Shown here: positions 39,114-52,052 of the stretch, piece after piece
Numbering within the stretch: position 1 is the stretch's first letter
How the letters are laid out: every line of letters starts with the position of its first letter
Sequence record: DRR723986_5550
Strand: one strand, 5' to 3'
Length of the DNA: 59,920 nucleotides
Notes under the pieces: model-generated
Database searches by the model: none
What the model saw: the letters and a program-made list of their open reading frames with translations, nothing else
Told to the model about the DNA's origin: nothing
Program-made: the position numbers and the translations under genes

Positions 39114-40294
39114 TGTTGCGTTTCCTGCGCCTGACTGACCAAAACGTATCCAACAAACGTGTGTTGATCCGCGTCGATTTTAACGTGCCAGTGGATGCAA
39201 ATGGCAACATCACGGAAGACACCCGCATTCGTGCCTCTTTGCCGGGTATCGAATATTGTTTGAACAACAATGCAGCCTTGTTGTTGACCAGCCACTTTGG
39301 CCGCCCCACTGAAGGGGAGTATGACGAAAAATTGAGCTTGGCACCCGTGGCAGCGCGTTTGGGCGAATTGTTGGGTCGCCCTGTGCGCTTGGTGAAAGAC
39401 TGGGTGAATGGTGTGGATGTGAAAGCCGGTGAAGTGTTGCTGCTGGAAAATTGCCGATTCAACAAAGGGGAGAAAAAGAACAACCCGGAATTGGCACAAA
39501 AGATCGCCGCACTTTGCGACATCTATGTGAATGACGCTTTCGGCACCGCCCACCGCGCAGAGGCCACCACTCATGGCGCGGCACAATATGCGCCAGTGGC
39601 GTGTGCTGGCCCTTTGCTTGCTGCTGAACTTGATGCCTTGGGTGCAGCGCTTTCCGCTCCCAAACGCCCAATGGTGGCGATTGTGGCGGGCTCTAAAGTG
39701 TCGACCAAACTGACAATCCTGAATAGTCTGGCCGATAAAGTGGACCAGTTGATTGTGGGTGGTGGTATCGCCAATACATTCATGGCTGCGCTGGGCTTGC
39801 CAATCGGCAAGTCGCTTGCCGAGCACGATTTGGTGGGCGAGGCCAAGACCATCATCGACAACATGAAGGCACGCGGTGCTGCCGTGCCAATTCCCAGTGA
39901 CGTAGTGGTAGGCAAAGAATTTTCTCCAACTGCTTATGCCACCAGCAAGAAAGTGGCTGATGTCGCTGCAGATGACATGATTTTCGACATCGGCCCCAAC
40001 ACAGCCGAAGAACTCGCTGCGATTCTGGACAAAGCTGGCACCATTGTATGGAACGGTCCAGTGGGGGTGTTCGAATTCGACCAATTTGGCAAGGGCACTG
40101 AGCGCCTGGCCATGGCCATTGCGAATTCCAATGCATTTTCAATTGCGGGAGGTGGCGACACCTTGGCGGCTATTTCCAAATACAACATTGGTGATCAGGT
40201 CAGCTATATTTCCACCGGTGGCGGTGCGTTCCTTGAATTTTTGGAGGGTAAAACCCTGCCGGCCGTAGAAATTCTTCAACAGAGAGCGGCCTGA
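39113..40294 (+). CDS. pgk: Phosphoglycerate kinase
   Basis: [34 protein letters not shown]. Confidence 0.98.
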   Translation: MLRFLRLTDQNVSNKRVLIRVDFNVPVDANGNITEDTRIRASLPGIEYCLNNNAALLLTSHFGRPTEGEYDEKLSLAPVAARLGELLGRPVRLVKDWVNGVDVKAGEVLLLENCRFNKGEKKNNPELAQKIAALCDIYVNDAFGTAHRAEATTHGAAQYAPVACAGPLLAAELDALGAALSAPKRPMVAIVAGSKVSTKLTILNSLADKVDQLIVGGGIANTFMAALGLPIGKSLAEHDLVGEAKTIIDNMKARGAAVPIPSDVVVGKEFSPTAYATSKKVADVAADDMIFDIGPNTAEELAAILDKAGTIVWNGPVGVFEFDQFGKGTERLAMAIANSNAFSIAGGGDTLAAISKYNIGDQVSYISTGGGAFLEFLEGKTLPAVEILQQRAA

Positions 40295-41772
40295 TGGTCA
40301 ACTCAGGGAGCAAATTGGTGCCCAACGTGTATGTACCCCGACAAACCAAAATCGTGGCCACTTTGGGGCCAGCCTCCACTGACCCCGTCGTTCTTGAGAG
40401 AATGATTGCCGCGGGCATGAATGTGGTGCGGGTCAACTTTTCGCACGGCACTGCCCAAGAGCACATTGACCGGGTGAGAACAGTGCGTGACATTGCAGCC
40501 CGCTTGAAGCGCGATATTGCGGTGATGGCCGATTTACAGGGTCCCAAAATTCGAATTGGTGTGTTTGCCAATGGCTCCACCAACCTCGTTAACGGTCAGC
40601 CCTTTGTGCTGGAATCCAAGTGCGACTCAGGCAACGATGAGCGGGTGGGTCTGGACTATCCGGAATTGGTCAACGATGTAAAAACCGGTGACACTTTGTT
40701 GCTGGATGACGGCAAGATCGTGCTGAAAGTCAAAAAAGTAACTCCCAGCCAAATTCACTGTGAAACGGAAGTGGGGGGCGTGCTCAAAAACCGAAAGGGC
40801 ATCAACAAATTGGGCGGCGGCCTGTCCGCGCCAGCGCTGACCTCGAAAGACATGGAAGACATTCGCACTGCAGTGGCTTTCGAGGCAGACTACATCGCGG
40901 TCAGTTTCCCCAAAAGTGGTGCGGATATGTACATGGCTCGCGAACTGACTCGCGCTGCCGGCGGCCATGCCATGATGATTGCCAAGATTGAACGTTGTGA
41001 GGCACTTGAGAATCTGGATGATTTGATCCGTTCTTGCGATGGTTTGATGGTGGCTCGTGGTGATTTGGCGGTTGAAATTGGCGACGCCGCTGTACCTGCG
41101 GCTCAAAAGCGTCTCATTCGAGCAGCCCGGGAAGCCAACAAGCTGACCATTACTGCTACCCAGATGATGGAAAGCATGATTGAAAGCCCCGTGCCCACCC
41201 GCGCTGAAGTGTCCGATGTGGCCAATGCAGTGCTCGATGGCACAGACGCCGTGATGCTGTCAGCTGAAACCGCTGCGGGCAAGTTCCCAGTAGAAACCAT
41301 TGTGGCCATGGCCCGGGTGTGCGTTGAAGCAGAGAAGTCCGCGACCATCAATCTGGACACTGATTTTTTGAATCGAAAGTTCAAGCGAGTGGACCAGTCG
41401 ATTGCAATGGCCGCTTTGTTTACTGCACACCACCTTGAGGTGAAAGCGATTGCGGCGTTGACCCAGTCTGGGTCTACTGCCCTGTGGATGTCGCGTTTGA
41501 ACAGTGGCGTACCCATTTTTGCACTGACGCCTGAAGAAAAAACCCGACGTCGTCTGTCGATGTACCGTGACGTGCGCACTGTCATGATGCAGTACGAAAC
41601 TGAGGACCGTGAAGTATTGCTGGCGAAATCAGAGCAGGCTTTGCTGGATGCCAAAGTGGTTGAGCTCGGTGATCTGATTGTGATCACCATTGGTGAGCCA
41701 ATTGGTAAATCCGGAGGAACCAACACCATGAAAATTGTTCGTGTGGGCGAACACATTGGCTTGCTGAATTAA
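40294..41772 (+). CDS. pyk: Pyruvate kinase
   Basis: TKIVATLGPAS, DLQGPKIR, MVARGDL, TRAEVSDVANA. Confidence 0.97.
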   Translation: MVNSGSKLVPNVYVPRQTKIVATLGPASTDPVVLERMIAAGMNVVRVNFSHGTAQEHIDRVRTVRDIAARLKRDIAVMADLQGPKIRIGVFANGSTNLVNGQPFVLESKCDSGNDERVGLDYPELVNDVKTGDTLLLDDGKIVLKVKKVTPSQIHCETEVGGVLKNRKGINKLGGGLSAPALTSKDMEDIRTAVAFEADYIAVSFPKSGADMYMARELTRAAGGHAMMIAKIERCEALENLDDLIRSCDGLMVARGDLAVEIGDAAVPAAQKRLIRAAREANKLTITATQMMESMIESPVPTRAEVSDVANAVLDGTDAVMLSAETAAGKFPVETIVAMARVCVEAEKSATINLDTDFLNRKFKRVDQSIAMAALFTAHHLEVKAIAALTQSGSTALWMSRLNSGVPIFALTPEEKTRRRLSMYRDVRTVMMQYETEDREVLLAKSEQALLDAKVVELGDLIVITIGEPIGKSGGTNTMKIVRVGEHIGLLN

Positions 41773-41811
41773 CCAGTTATTTGACTAATTTTATTTTTCG
41801 GAGACTTTGAA

Positions 41812-42876
41812 ATGCCTCTCGTATCCATGCGCCAACTGTTGGACCATGCCGCTGAAAACGGCTACGGCATTCCCGCGTTCAACGTGAACAACCTGGAACA
41901 GGTTCAGGCCGTCATGGCCGCTGCTGATGAAGTTGGCGCGCCTGTCATTCTTCAAGCCAGCGCTGGTGCCCGCAAGTACGCGGGTGAGCCATTCATCAAG
42001 CACTTGATTCAGGCGGCTGTGGAAGCATTTCCGCACATTCCGCTGGTTATGCACCAAGATCACGGCACCAGCCCCAAGGTTTGCCAGGGCGCCATTGACC
42101 TGGGCTTTGGTTCGGTCATGATGGATGGTTCTCTGATGGAAGACGGCAAAACGCCAGCTTCTTTTGATTACAACCTTGAGGTGACCCGCAAGGTGGTGGA
42201 AATGGCTCACAAGGTGGGCGTGACTGTTGAAGGTGAACTCGGTTGTTTGGGTAACCTGGAAACTGGTGAAGCTGGAGAAGAAGACGGCATTGGCGCTGAA
42301 GGCAAGTTGGATCACAGCCAAATGCTGACCGATCCAGAAGAGGCTGCCGTATTTGTCAAAGCGACTCAACTGGATGCTTTGGCCATTGCCATCGGAACCA
42401 GCCACGGTGCTTACAAGTTCAGCCGCAAACCCACTGGCGATATCCTTGCCATTTCACGCGTGAAGGAAATTCATGCCCGTATTCCAAATACCCACTTGGT
42501 AATGCACGGTTCATCGTCGGTGCCCGCAGAATTGCTGGCCATCATCAATCAGTACGGTGGCAAAATGAAGGAAACCTACGGTGTTCCCGTAGAGGAAATT
42601 CAGGAAGCCATCAAGTATGGTGTGCGCAAAATCAATATTGACACCGATATTCGTCTGGCCATGACCGGCGCAGTGCGTAAGTTTTTGTTCGAGAACCCTG
42701 ACAAATTCGACGCGCGTGAGTGGCTGAAACCCGCGCGTGAAGCGGCCAAGCAAATTTGTAAGCAGCGTTACATGGAGTTTGGTTGTGAAGGGCAGGGCGC
42801 GAAGATCAAACCAATTGCCATGAGCGAAATTGCACAGAAATATGCCAAGGGCGAACTCGCGCAAATCGTTCAGTAA
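41812..42876 (+). CDS. fba: Class II fructose-bisphosphate aldolase
   Basis: [26 protein letters not shown]. Confidence 0.97.
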   Translation: MPLVSMRQLLDHAAENGYGIPAFNVNNLEQVQAVMAAADEVGAPVILQASAGARKYAGEPFIKHLIQAAVEAFPHIPLVMHQDHGTSPKVCQGAIDLGFGSVMMDGSLMEDGKTPASFDYNLEVTRKVVEMAHKVGVTVEGELGCLGNLETGEAGEEDGIGAEGKLDHSQMLTDPEEAAVFVKATQLDALAIAIGTSHGAYKFSRKPTGDILAISRVKEIHARIPNTHLVMHGSSSVPAELLAIINQYGGKMKETYGVPVEEIQEAIKYGVRKINIDTDIRLAMTGAVRKFLFENPDKFDAREWLKPAREAAKQICKQRYMEFGCEGQGAKIKPIAMSEIAQKYAKGELAQIVQ

Positions 42877-42902
42877 ACAGCCAGAAAAAGCCTGTAGAAG
42901 CT

Positions 42903-42934
42903 CACGCGGGCTAAGCCCCGCGTGTTTTATTTTT
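42903..42934 (+). terminator. Rho-independent terminator after fba
   Basis: CACGCGGG-ctaagc-CCCGCGTG then TTTTATTTTT. Confidence 0.9.
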
Positions 42935-42962
42935 AAAGCCTGAATCCCAAGAGGCCATTTGA

Positions 42963-43859
42963 ATGAGTACTGTGTTTGAAACCAAGCTGACTTCCCTGCC
43001 TTTGCTGCACCGAGGCAAGGTTCGGGAAAATTTTTCCGTTGGCGACGACAAAATGTTGATTGTGGCCAGTGACCGCCTGTCCGCATTCGATGTCATTCTG
43101 GACCAACCCATCCCCGAGAAAGGCATGGTGCTGACCCAGATGGCCCAGTTCTGGTTCGACATTCTGGCTGATGTGGTTCCCAATCATCTGACTGGAGTAG
43201 CTCCCGAAACAGTGGTGTCGGCCGAAGAAGCACCGCAGATCAAGGGACGTTCCATGGTCGTCAAAAAACTGAAAGCTTTGCCAATCGAGGCGGTGGTACG
43301 TGGCTACCTGATTGGTTCTGGCTGGAAAGACTACCAGGCCACAGGTGCCGTGTGTGGCATCAAATTGCCTTCTGGTATGCAAATGGCTGCCAAGCTGGAT
43401 GAACCAATTTTCACGCCAGCCACCAAGGCCGCCATGGGTGAGCATGATGAGAATATCGACTTCGACACCATGAGCGATGTAGTTGGCCGTGACCTAGCCC
43501 AACAAATTCGTGACGTATCGATTGCCTTGTACACCAAGGCCAGCGATTATGCCGCACGCCAGGGCATTATTATTGCGGACACCAAATTTGAATTTGGTCT
43601 CGATGAAAACGGTACCTTGACCCTGATGGATGAGGTGTTGACCGCCGACTCTTCGCGTTTTTGGCCAGCCGACCAATATCAGGTGGGTATTTCGCCACCC
43701 TCTTACGACAAACAGTTTGTACGCGATTACCTTGAAAGCGTACCGGGCTGGAACAAAAAGGCACCAGCGCCTACACTTCCACAAGACATCATTGACAAAA
43801 CAGCGGCCAAGTATCGACAAGCCTATGAAATTTTGACTGGCCGCCTTTGGATTGGATAA
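42963..43859 (+). CDS. purC: SAICAR synthase
   Basis: [35 protein letters not shown]. Confidence 0.97.
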   Translation: MSTVFETKLTSLPLLHRGKVRENFSVGDDKMLIVASDRLSAFDVILDQPIPEKGMVLTQMAQFWFDILADVVPNHLTGVAPETVVSAEEAPQIKGRSMVVKKLKALPIEAVVRGYLIGSGWKDYQATGAVCGIKLPSGMQMAAKLDEPIFTPATKAAMGEHDENIDFDTMSDVVGRDLAQQIRDVSIALYTKASDYAARQGIIIADTKFEFGLDENGTLTLMDEVLTADSSRFWPADQYQVGISPPSYDKQFVRDYLESVPGWNKKAPAPTLPQDIIDKTAAKYRQAYEILTGRLWIG

Positions 43860-43863
43860 GCAC

Positions 43864-44385
43864 ATGACCGAAGCCACACACATGCACACCTCCGACCATC
43901 CCAAAGTGGGTGTAGTCATGGGTTCCTCTTCCGACTGGGAAGTGATGAAAAACGCCGTGCAGGTGCTGCGCGATTTTGGAGTGGATTATGAAGCCCGTGT
44001 GGTTTCAGCTCACCGTATGCCTGATGAAATGTTTGCTTACGCGGAGACAGCAGCCACCCGCGGCATTCAGGTCATTATCGCCGGTGCTGGTGGTGCGGCC
44101 CACCTGCCCGGCATGCTGGCGGCCAAAACAATTGTGCCGGTGATGGGTGTGCCGGTGCCCTCGAAGTACCTCCGTGGTGAAGACTCACTGTTGTCGATTG
44201 TCCAAATGCCCAAAGGCATTCCAGTGCACACCTTCGCGATTGGTGAGGCGGGTGCGGCCAATGCCGCTTTGGGGGCTGTCGCCATTTTGGCCTTGACCGA
44301 CACTGAACTAAACCAGAAATTGCAGGAGTTTCGCGTAAGCCAGTCGAATGTGGCCCGTGAAATGGAACTGCCTCCTTTGCGTTGA
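43864..44385 (+). CDS. purE: N5-CAIR mutase
   Basis: [25 protein letters not shown]. Confidence 0.97.
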   Translation: MTEATHMHTSDHPKVGVVMGSSSDWEVMKNAVQVLRDFGVDYEARVVSAHRMPDEMFAYAETAATRGIQVIIAGAGGAAHLPGMLAAKTIVPVMGVPVPSKYLRGEDSLLSIVQMPKGIPVHTFAIGEAGAANAALGAVAILALTDTELNQKLQEFRVSQSNVAREMELPPLR

Positions 44386-44401
44386 TTCTTAAGCCAAACA
44401 C

Positions 44402-45577
44402 ATGAGCAAGATCGAATTCAAAACAGCTAAACCTGGCCAGTGGCTGGGCCTGTTGGGTGGTGGCCAGTTGGGCCGCATGTTCTGCATGGCAGCGCAAAGC
44501 ATGGGGTATCGCGTGTTGGTGCTGGATCCCGCCGCCAACGGCCCCGCTGGTTCCGTGGCTGATGATCAGGTGCTTGCCGATTACCTCGACGATCAGGGCT
44601 TGGCGCGCTTGGCCCAGCGTTGTGTGGGTGTCACCACCGAGTTTGAGAACGTACCTGCTTTGGCGCTCGACACCTTGTCCAAAAGCATTCCTGTGAGTCC
44701 ATCGGCGTTTTCAGTGGGTGTTGCGCAAAACCGCATTGAAGAAAAAGCGTACATCACTGGTTGCGGCGTGCCAGTTGCACCCCATGCGGCCATTCGCAGC
44801 ATGGCCGACATCACCGCTGATTTGGAGCACTTGCTGCCGGGTATCGTGAAAACGGCCCGTTTGGGTTATGACGGCAAGGGTCAGGTTCGTGTGAAAACGC
44901 TGGACGAGGTACGAAAGGCTTTTGCCGATTTGAATGAGGTGGACTGCGTCCTTGAAAAACGCCTTAACCTTCAAAAAGAAATGTCAGTGATTGTCGCCCG
45001 CGATCACAAGGGTGAATGTGCGACGTTTCCTGTGGCGGAAAATCACCATCGCAAAGGTATCCTCGCTACAACCATTGTGCCAGCCCGCATCGATGAAGCC
45101 ATGGCCGCTCAAGCACGGGCCAATGCTATTTCAATTGCCGGGGCACTTGATTACGTGGGGGTGCTGTGCGTCGAGTTTTTTGTGGTCGATGATCTTGGCT
45201 TGGTGGTCAATGAAATTGCACCGCGCCCTCACAACAGCGGGCACTATTCGATTGACGCCTGTGTCACTTGCCAGTTTGAACAACAGGCTCGCGTGCTTGC
45301 CGGGCTGCCATTGGGCGACACTCGCCAGCACAGCCCCGCCGTCATGGTGAACCTGCTGGGTGACCTTTGGTATGGCGAAGATGGCAGCATTCGTGAACCT
45401 GCCTGGGAAAAGGTATTGGCCATTCCCGAGGTGAAGCTGCACCTGTATGGCAAGGAACAAGCCCGGGTAGGGCGCAAAATGGGCCACATCACGGTGATTG
45501 CAGAAACCCTCGACCGTGCCCTGGCGGTTGCACAAGAAGTTAGAGACATTCTTGGCATTGGCGATGACGACGACTGA
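44402..45577 (+). CDS. purK: N5-CAIR synthase
   Basis: GGGQLGRM, GYDGKGQ, NEIAPRPHNSGH, RKMGH. Confidence 0.97.
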   Translation: MSKIEFKTAKPGQWLGLLGGGQLGRMFCMAAQSMGYRVLVLDPAANGPAGSVADDQVLADYLDDQGLARLAQRCVGVTTEFENVPALALDTLSKSIPVSPSAFSVGVAQNRIEEKAYITGCGVPVAPHAAIRSMADITADLEHLLPGIVKTARLGYDGKGQVRVKTLDEVRKAFADLNEVDCVLEKRLNLQKEMSVIVARDHKGECATFPVAENHHRKGILATTIVPARIDEAMAAQARANAISIAGALDYVGVLCVEFFVVDDLGLVVNEIAPRPHNSGHYSIDACVTCQFEQQARVLAGLPLGDTRQHSPAVMVNLLGDLWYGEDGSIREPAWEKVLAIPEVKLHLYGKEQARVGRKMGHITVIAETLDRALAVAQEVRDILGIGDDDD

Positions 45578-46595
45578 TTCCGGCAGACCTCACTTGCATG
45601 CCGCGCTGCTGGATCCAAGTGATATGCACATTCAGCGTTGCGCTCAGGCGCTTCAAAGCGGCGAGTTGGTCGCTTTCCCAACTGAAACCGTGTTTGGCTT
45701 GGGTGCAGCTGTTTCTCAGCTGGGCGCTATTGAAGGCATTTTCAAGGCGAAGGGGCGACCCTCAGAACACCCGCTGATTGCCCACGTGGCCCCCGGTGCC
45801 GATTTAACCGGCTGGGTGGCTGAATTGACCGCTACGATGCACAAGTTGATGAATGCGTTCTGGCCTGGTCCACTCACTTTGGTGGTCCCCAAAGGCGAGC
45901 GCATGCCTTTCGATGTGACTGGCGGGCAGACTTCAGTGGGGATTCGCTGTCCTTCGCACCCGGTTGCAATTAAGCTGTTAAAAGCCACTGGTGTGCCGGT
46001 GGCAGCACCCTCGGCCAATCGGTTTGGCAAGGTCAGTCCCACTCGAGCAAGCCATGTGTTGGCTGAGCTTGGCGACCGAATTCCGTTTATTCTGGATGGT
46101 GATGTGCCTGAGGTAGGTATTGAATCGACCATTGTTTCATTGTTGGAAGATCAGCCTGCCATACTGCGGCCTGGCGCCATTACCGCTGAGCAAATAGAGG
46201 CAGTGTTGGGCGTGCCTGTGAAAAGTCACAGCGAGGTATCCAAAACTCCAAATTCCAATCCGCGGGTTTCCGGTGCGCTTGAAAAACACTACAGCCCTGA
46301 TGCCAAGGTGTGGGTATTACCGGCTGGCGAATTAGCTGCCTTGGAATTGCAGAATAAAACCTTGTGTGTGGGTTGGACCGATGAATTTCTGGCGCAGGCC
46401 GATGCACTGAGAGAAAAGTGCGGGGAAGTGCTGGTTGAAGCCTTGAGTGACAAACCTGGCGAAGTCGCCAAGGCGCTTTACGCCACTTTGCGTCAGGCCG
46501 ATGAACTGGCGTGCAGGCAAGTATTGTTTGAAAAGCCTGGGCAAACCCCGGATTGGGAAGCGGTCAATGATCGCTTGAAACGCGCTTCCGCCTGA
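45564..46595 (+). CDS. sua5: L-threonylcarbamoyladenylate synthase (Sua5 type, with C-terminal domain)
   Basis: AFPTETVFGL, KGRP, APSAN, GIESTI, HYSP, DRLKRAS. Confidence 0.93.
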   Translation: MTTTDSGRPHLHAALLDPSDMHIQRCAQALQSGELVAFPTETVFGLGAAVSQLGAIEGIFKAKGRPSEHPLIAHVAPGADLTGWVAELTATMHKLMNAFWPGPLTLVVPKGERMPFDVTGGQTSVGIRCPSHPVAIKLLKATGVPVAAPSANRFGKVSPTRASHVLAELGDRIPFILDGDVPEVGIESTIVSLLEDQPAILRPGAITAEQIEAVLGVPVKSHSEVSKTPNSNPRVSGALEKHYSPDAKVWVLPAGELAALELQNKTLCVGWTDEFLAQADALREKCGEVLVEALSDKPGEVAKALYATLRQADELACRQVLFEKPGQTPDWEAVNDRLKRASA

Positions 46596-46617
46596 GTTAC
46601 CACACTGCTTGGTTTAA

Positions 46618-46997
46618 TCACATTTGCTGGGTTGGAATGTGCCCACGTTGCTCGGCAATCACATTGTTGTCATCCACAAACACCAGCTTGGGCTGAAATG
46701 TTTTGCATTCCTGATCATCCAGCGTGCCGTAGGCCGCAATAATTACCAAATCACCCTTTTGGGCACGGCGTGCAGCTGCACCGTTCAGGGAAATCATGCC
46801 GCTTCCGCGTTCGCCCTTGATGGCATAAGTTGAAAAACGCTCGCCATTGTCAATCACGTAAATGTCGATGCGCTGAAATTCAATAATGCCTGACGCCTCG
46901 AGAAGATTTTCATCAATCGCGCAAGAACCTTCATAGTGCAGTTCGCAGTGGGTTACTTTGGCTCGGTGTATTTTTCCGAGCAACATCTCACGATGCA

Positions 46998-46998
<1 letters not shown>
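46618..46998 (-). CDS. panD: Aspartate 1-decarboxylase
   Basis: KIHRA, YEGS self-cleavage site, NGAAAR. Confidence 0.97.
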
Positions 46999-48687
<1,689 letters not shown>

Positions 48688-48712
48688 GGTGTGCTCTCGT
48701 GAGGGGTAGGTG

Positions 48713-49354
48713 TTACTCAGACCAGTTGAAAAACTCGCGTCGACCTTTCATCCCGTCAATCTGGTTTAACAGCAAATCAAAGTCTTCGGAATGGTCAACA
48801 GGATTTAAATGCTCGGTGTTCACAATTAACAGTGGCGCGTCGTCATAGTGGTAAAAAAACCGACTATAGGCATCACTCAACTGCGACAAATAGGCCTCGG
48901 TGATATTCACCTCATAGGGCGTTGCGCGTTTTTGTACCCGTTCAATGAGTGCTTGCGGCGAGGCTTGCAGGTAAATCACCAAATCAGGCACGCTGGTTTG
49001 TGGGCTCTGGTGCTGATAAATTTGCTGGTATAGCTTCAGCTCTTCTTCGTCCAGTGTCAGGCTGGCAAACATGCGGTCTTTTTCCAGCAGAAAGTCGCTG
49101 ACCACCATGTTTTCGAAAAAGTCCCGCTGGGTTAAATCCCTCAGCTGCCCAATTCGCTGAAACAGAAAAAACAGTTGAGTGGGCAGGGCGTAACGGGCGG
49201 GTTCTTGGTAAAACTTCTCAAGAAAGGGATTGTCTTCAGGTTTCTCAAGCAACAGCTCTGCTTGAAATCGCTGGGCGATCAGTCGGGCCAGCGAGGTTTT
49301 TCCCACGCCGATGGGGCCTTCAATCACGATGTGGCGATACTTTTCTGACAACAA
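48713..49354 (-). CDS. Deoxynucleoside kinase family protein
   Basis: [21 protein letters not shown]. Confidence 0.9.
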   Translation of the reverse strand: MLSEKYRHIVIEGPIGVGKTSLARLIAQRFQAELLLEKPEDNPFLEKFYQEPARYALPTQLFFLFQRIGQLRDLTQRDFFENMVVSDFLLEKDRMFASLTLDEEELKLYQQIYQHQSPQTSVPDLVIYLQASPQALIERVQKRATPYEVNITEAYLSQLSDAYSRFFYHYDDAPLLIVNTEHLNPVDHSEDFDLLLNQIDGMKGRREFFNWSE

Positions 49355-49429
49355 GTTTTATTCTCCGATCGGTGGCTTACGCGCGGCCTCAGTGTAGCGC
49401 AGGGGTGAGGCTGGTATTGGAAAAAAAGT

Positions 49430-49945
49430 TCAAATTGCCTTGACGATCTGGTCCAGCGTGCCGGGCAGATGGTTTTTTGCCAGACCCAGGCGGGGTATCA
49501 CAATTTCGGGGTTTAACTGCAACAACGGCTCCAGTACAAAGCGCCGCAAATGCATACGGGGGTGTGGCACTGTCAGTTGTGGAGTGTTAACGGTTTCCTG
49601 ACCAAACAAGAGCACATCAACGTCGATGGGCCGAGGGGCATTGCGCGTGGTACGAATGCGCCCTAATTGTGCCTCGATTGTCATGCATTCATGTAACAGT
49701 TGCTCAGCACTCCCTCTCCACATCAATTCCAGCACGGAGTTCACATAGTTCGGACCTGTGGCATCGACTGGGGCACTTTCGAACCGCAGCGATTCTCGCA
49801 CCGCTTGCGCGCAAGCATGGGTCCGGAAATACTCGAAGACTTCGTCGAATAGGGTCGTGGGATGTCCCAAGTTTCCACCCAAACCCAGGTAGCACAGCCT
49901 GTGGTCTGTTGCCGGGTTCAATGCATGGCTCACTGTGTGGTTCAC
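49430..49945 (-). CDS. folK: 2-amino-4-hydroxy-6-hydroxymethyldihydropteridine diphosphokinase
   Basis: YLGLGGNLG, PRPIDVDVL, VPHPRMHLRRFVLEPL; GTG start overlapping the pcnB stop (GTGA). Confidence 0.93.
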   Translation of the reverse strand: MNHTVSHALNPATDHRLCYLGLGGNLGHPTTLFDEVFEYFRTHACAQAVRESLRFESAPVDATGPNYVNSVLELMWRGSAEQLLHECMTIEAQLGRIRTTRNAPRPIDVDVLLFGQETVNTPQLTVPHPRMHLRRFVLEPLLQLNPEIVIPRLGLAKNHLPGTLDQIVKAI

Positions 49946-51390
49946 TCGCCCTGCAGTCCCTGGCCGTGGCCGGGCGTACTTCCACCGGATTTTGGCTTTC
50001 TTCGCCGACGTTTTTTCTTGACTGTCCCATCGGTACCTGCAGGTGTTCCACGCAGGGCGTCCAGCATGTTTTGGCGGTTGTTGACATCGCCATCGCTGAA
50101 TTCGCGCCACCATTCAGCCAATTCAACATCGGCGTCTACATCGCCCACCATGGCACGCAATTCATAGAAATCGAGAGATGCCCGGAATTTCTGTTGCTCC
50201 AGCATGCGGAATGGCGCCTTGCCGGCACGTTTTTCGAAACGTGGTTGAAATGCCCAAATTTCACGCATGTCGCCGGTTAGGCGACGCGGAATGGCCGTGC
50301 GCTCGGCCTGTTCGGCCAGCACATCGTCCATCGCTGCAAACAGTGCCGGAAATTTCAGTTCCCCCTGTTCTAATTTTTTCTCCCAGTTTTCAAGCACCAA
50401 ATGCCACAACAAGCAGGCAAACAGGAAGCCCGGGCTGAGTGGCTTGCCTTCTTTTACGCGTTTGTCGGTGCGGGCCAAAGCCTCGGTCAGGAAGGGTTCC
50501 CCGCGTTGGTGTTCCAGAATTGCGTCGAGCAAGGGAAACACTCCATGATGCAATCCAGCTTCCCGCAAGCCTTTCAGGCAGGCCATGGCCGAGCCGCTCA
50601 TCAGCAGCTTCAGCATTTCATCAAACAGGCGCGAGGCGGGCACATTGCGCAGCAAGTCAGACAACTCGGCGATGGGCGCGTAGGTGGCTGGTTCAATCTC
50701 GAAATTCAGTTTGGCTGCAAAACGCACCACACGCAGCATTCGAACCGGGTCTTCGCGGTAGCGCAGGCTTGGCTCCCCAATCATGCGCAGCACGCGCGCG
50801 CGCAGGTCTTCCATGCCATGGTGGTAGTCCCACACGGTTTCCGTGCTGGGGTCGTAGTACATGGCGTTGACGGTGAAGTCACGTCTTGAGGCGTCTTCGT
50901 CTTGCCGACCGAATTCATTGTCGCGCAGCACCCTGCCATGCTCATCTTTCTCATTGCTAGCACTGGCCAAGGCTCTGAAAGTTGAGGTTTCAATGGTTTC
51001 AGGGCCAAACATCACATGCACAATTTGAAATCGCCTGCCAATGACCCGTGCGCGGCGAAACAGCCGCTGGGTTTGCTCAGGGCTTGCGTCAGTGGCCACG
51101 TCGAAGTCTTTGGGACGCATGCCCAAGAGCAAATCGCGCACAGCGCCGCCCACAACAAATGCCTTGTAACCCTTACTTTGCAAGGTTTCGCAAACACGAA
51201 TCGCATTGTGGCTGACCAGGCGGCGATCAATTTTGTGCTCGGCTACACCCCATACCTTGGGTTTGTGCACGCCGTAGCTTGCTTTCACTTTCTTGGGCGT
51301 CCCTAGGTTCAAGTGAGCAGCAGGCCCCGGGGTTTCACGCCCCAGCGTGGCTGGCTTGGAAAACATTCGTTTGAACAGTTTCTTGATCAT
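49942..51390 (-). CDS. pcnB: Poly(A) polymerase I
   Basis: VGGAVRDLL, KDFDVAT, IGRRF, RRDFTVNA, EDPVRMLR, basic tail. Confidence 0.96.
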   Translation of the reverse strand: MIKKLFKRMFSKPATLGRETPGPAAHLNLGTPKKVKASYGVHKPKVWGVAEHKIDRRLVSHNAIRVCETLQSKGYKAFVVGGAVRDLLLGMRPKDFDVATDASPEQTQRLFRRARVIGRRFQIVHVMFGPETIETSTFRALASASNEKDEHGRVLRDNEFGRQDEDASRRDFTVNAMYYDPSTETVWDYHHGMEDLRARVLRMIGEPSLRYREDPVRMLRVVRFAAKLNFEIEPATYAPIAELSDLLRNVPASRLFDEMLKLLMSGSAMACLKGLREAGLHHGVFPLLDAILEHQRGEPFLTEALARTDKRVKEGKPLSPGFLFACLLWHLVLENWEKKLEQGELKFPALFAAMDDVLAEQAERTAIPRRLTGDMREIWAFQPRFEKRAGKAPFRMLEQQKFRASLDFYELRAMVGDVDADVELAEWWREFSDGDVNNRQNMLDALRGTPAGTDGTVKKKRRRRKPKSGGSTPGHGQGLQGE

Positions 51391-52052
51391 TTGAACAACT
51401 CAAGGACAGGCCAGCCGCGTGTTTGTGCAATTTCAGCCAGTTTGTTGTCGGGGTTTGCCGCAACCGGGTGGCTCACGCATTCCAGAAGGGGCAGGTCGTT
51501 GATGGAGTCACTGTAAAAGTAACTGCTCTCAAAGCTGCTCAAAGTCCAGTTCTTCGCGGCCAACCACTCGTTCAATCTGGTCACTTTGCCCTCCCTGAAA
51601 CTGGGCACACCAGTGACCTTGCCTGTGTATTCACCATCGACCAATTCAGGTTCGGTAGCGATCAGGGCTTCAATTCCAAATGCCTGTGCAATTGGTTGGG
51701 TAATAAAGCTGTTGGTGGCCGTAATGATCACGCACACGGCATTGTCCGCCTGGTGCTGTTTTACCAGCTCAATTGCGCTTGGTTTCAAGTTGGGTCGAAT
51801 GACTTCAGCCATGAACTCATGGTGCCAAGCCGCCAGTTGTGCACGTTTGTTGTCGCGCAGCGGGCGCAATTGAAAGTCCAAAAACTCGTCGATGTTCAGT
51901 GTACCTGCCTTGTAGTCTGCAAAAAACTGATTGTTGCGCGCCTCAAATTCGGCCCGGTCCAGTACACCTTTGTTGATAAGGAATTGCGACCATCCATGGT
52001 CAGAGTCAATGGGCAACAGGGTGTTGTCCAGGTCAAACAGTGCGAGTTTCAT
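51387..52052 (-). CDS. HAD-IB family hydrolase (SerB-like / histidinol-phosphatase-like)
   Basis: FDLDNTL, FYSDSINDLPLL. Confidence 0.9.
   Translation of the reverse strand: MKLALFDLDNTLLPIDSDHGWSQFLINKGVLDRAEFEARNNQFFADYKAGTLNIDEFLDFQLRPLRDNKRAQLAAWHHEFMAEVIRPNLKPSAIELVKQHQADNAVCVIITATNSFITQPIAQAFGIEALIATEPELVDGEYTGKVTGVPSFREGKVTRLNEWLAAKNWTLSSFESSYFYSDSINDLPLLECVSHPVAANPDNKLAEIAQTRGWPVLELFK

Noticed and set aside
39020-40084. 354-aa minus-strand ORF (and similar long antisense ORFs over purH, gap, fba, panC and the HAD gene)
   Set aside because: Antisense shadows of conserved housekeeping genes with no protein motifs
49946-50113. Long N-terminal extension of FolK
   Set aside because: Lies within pcnB in another frame; the GTGA-coupled start at 49945 gives a normal-length FolK
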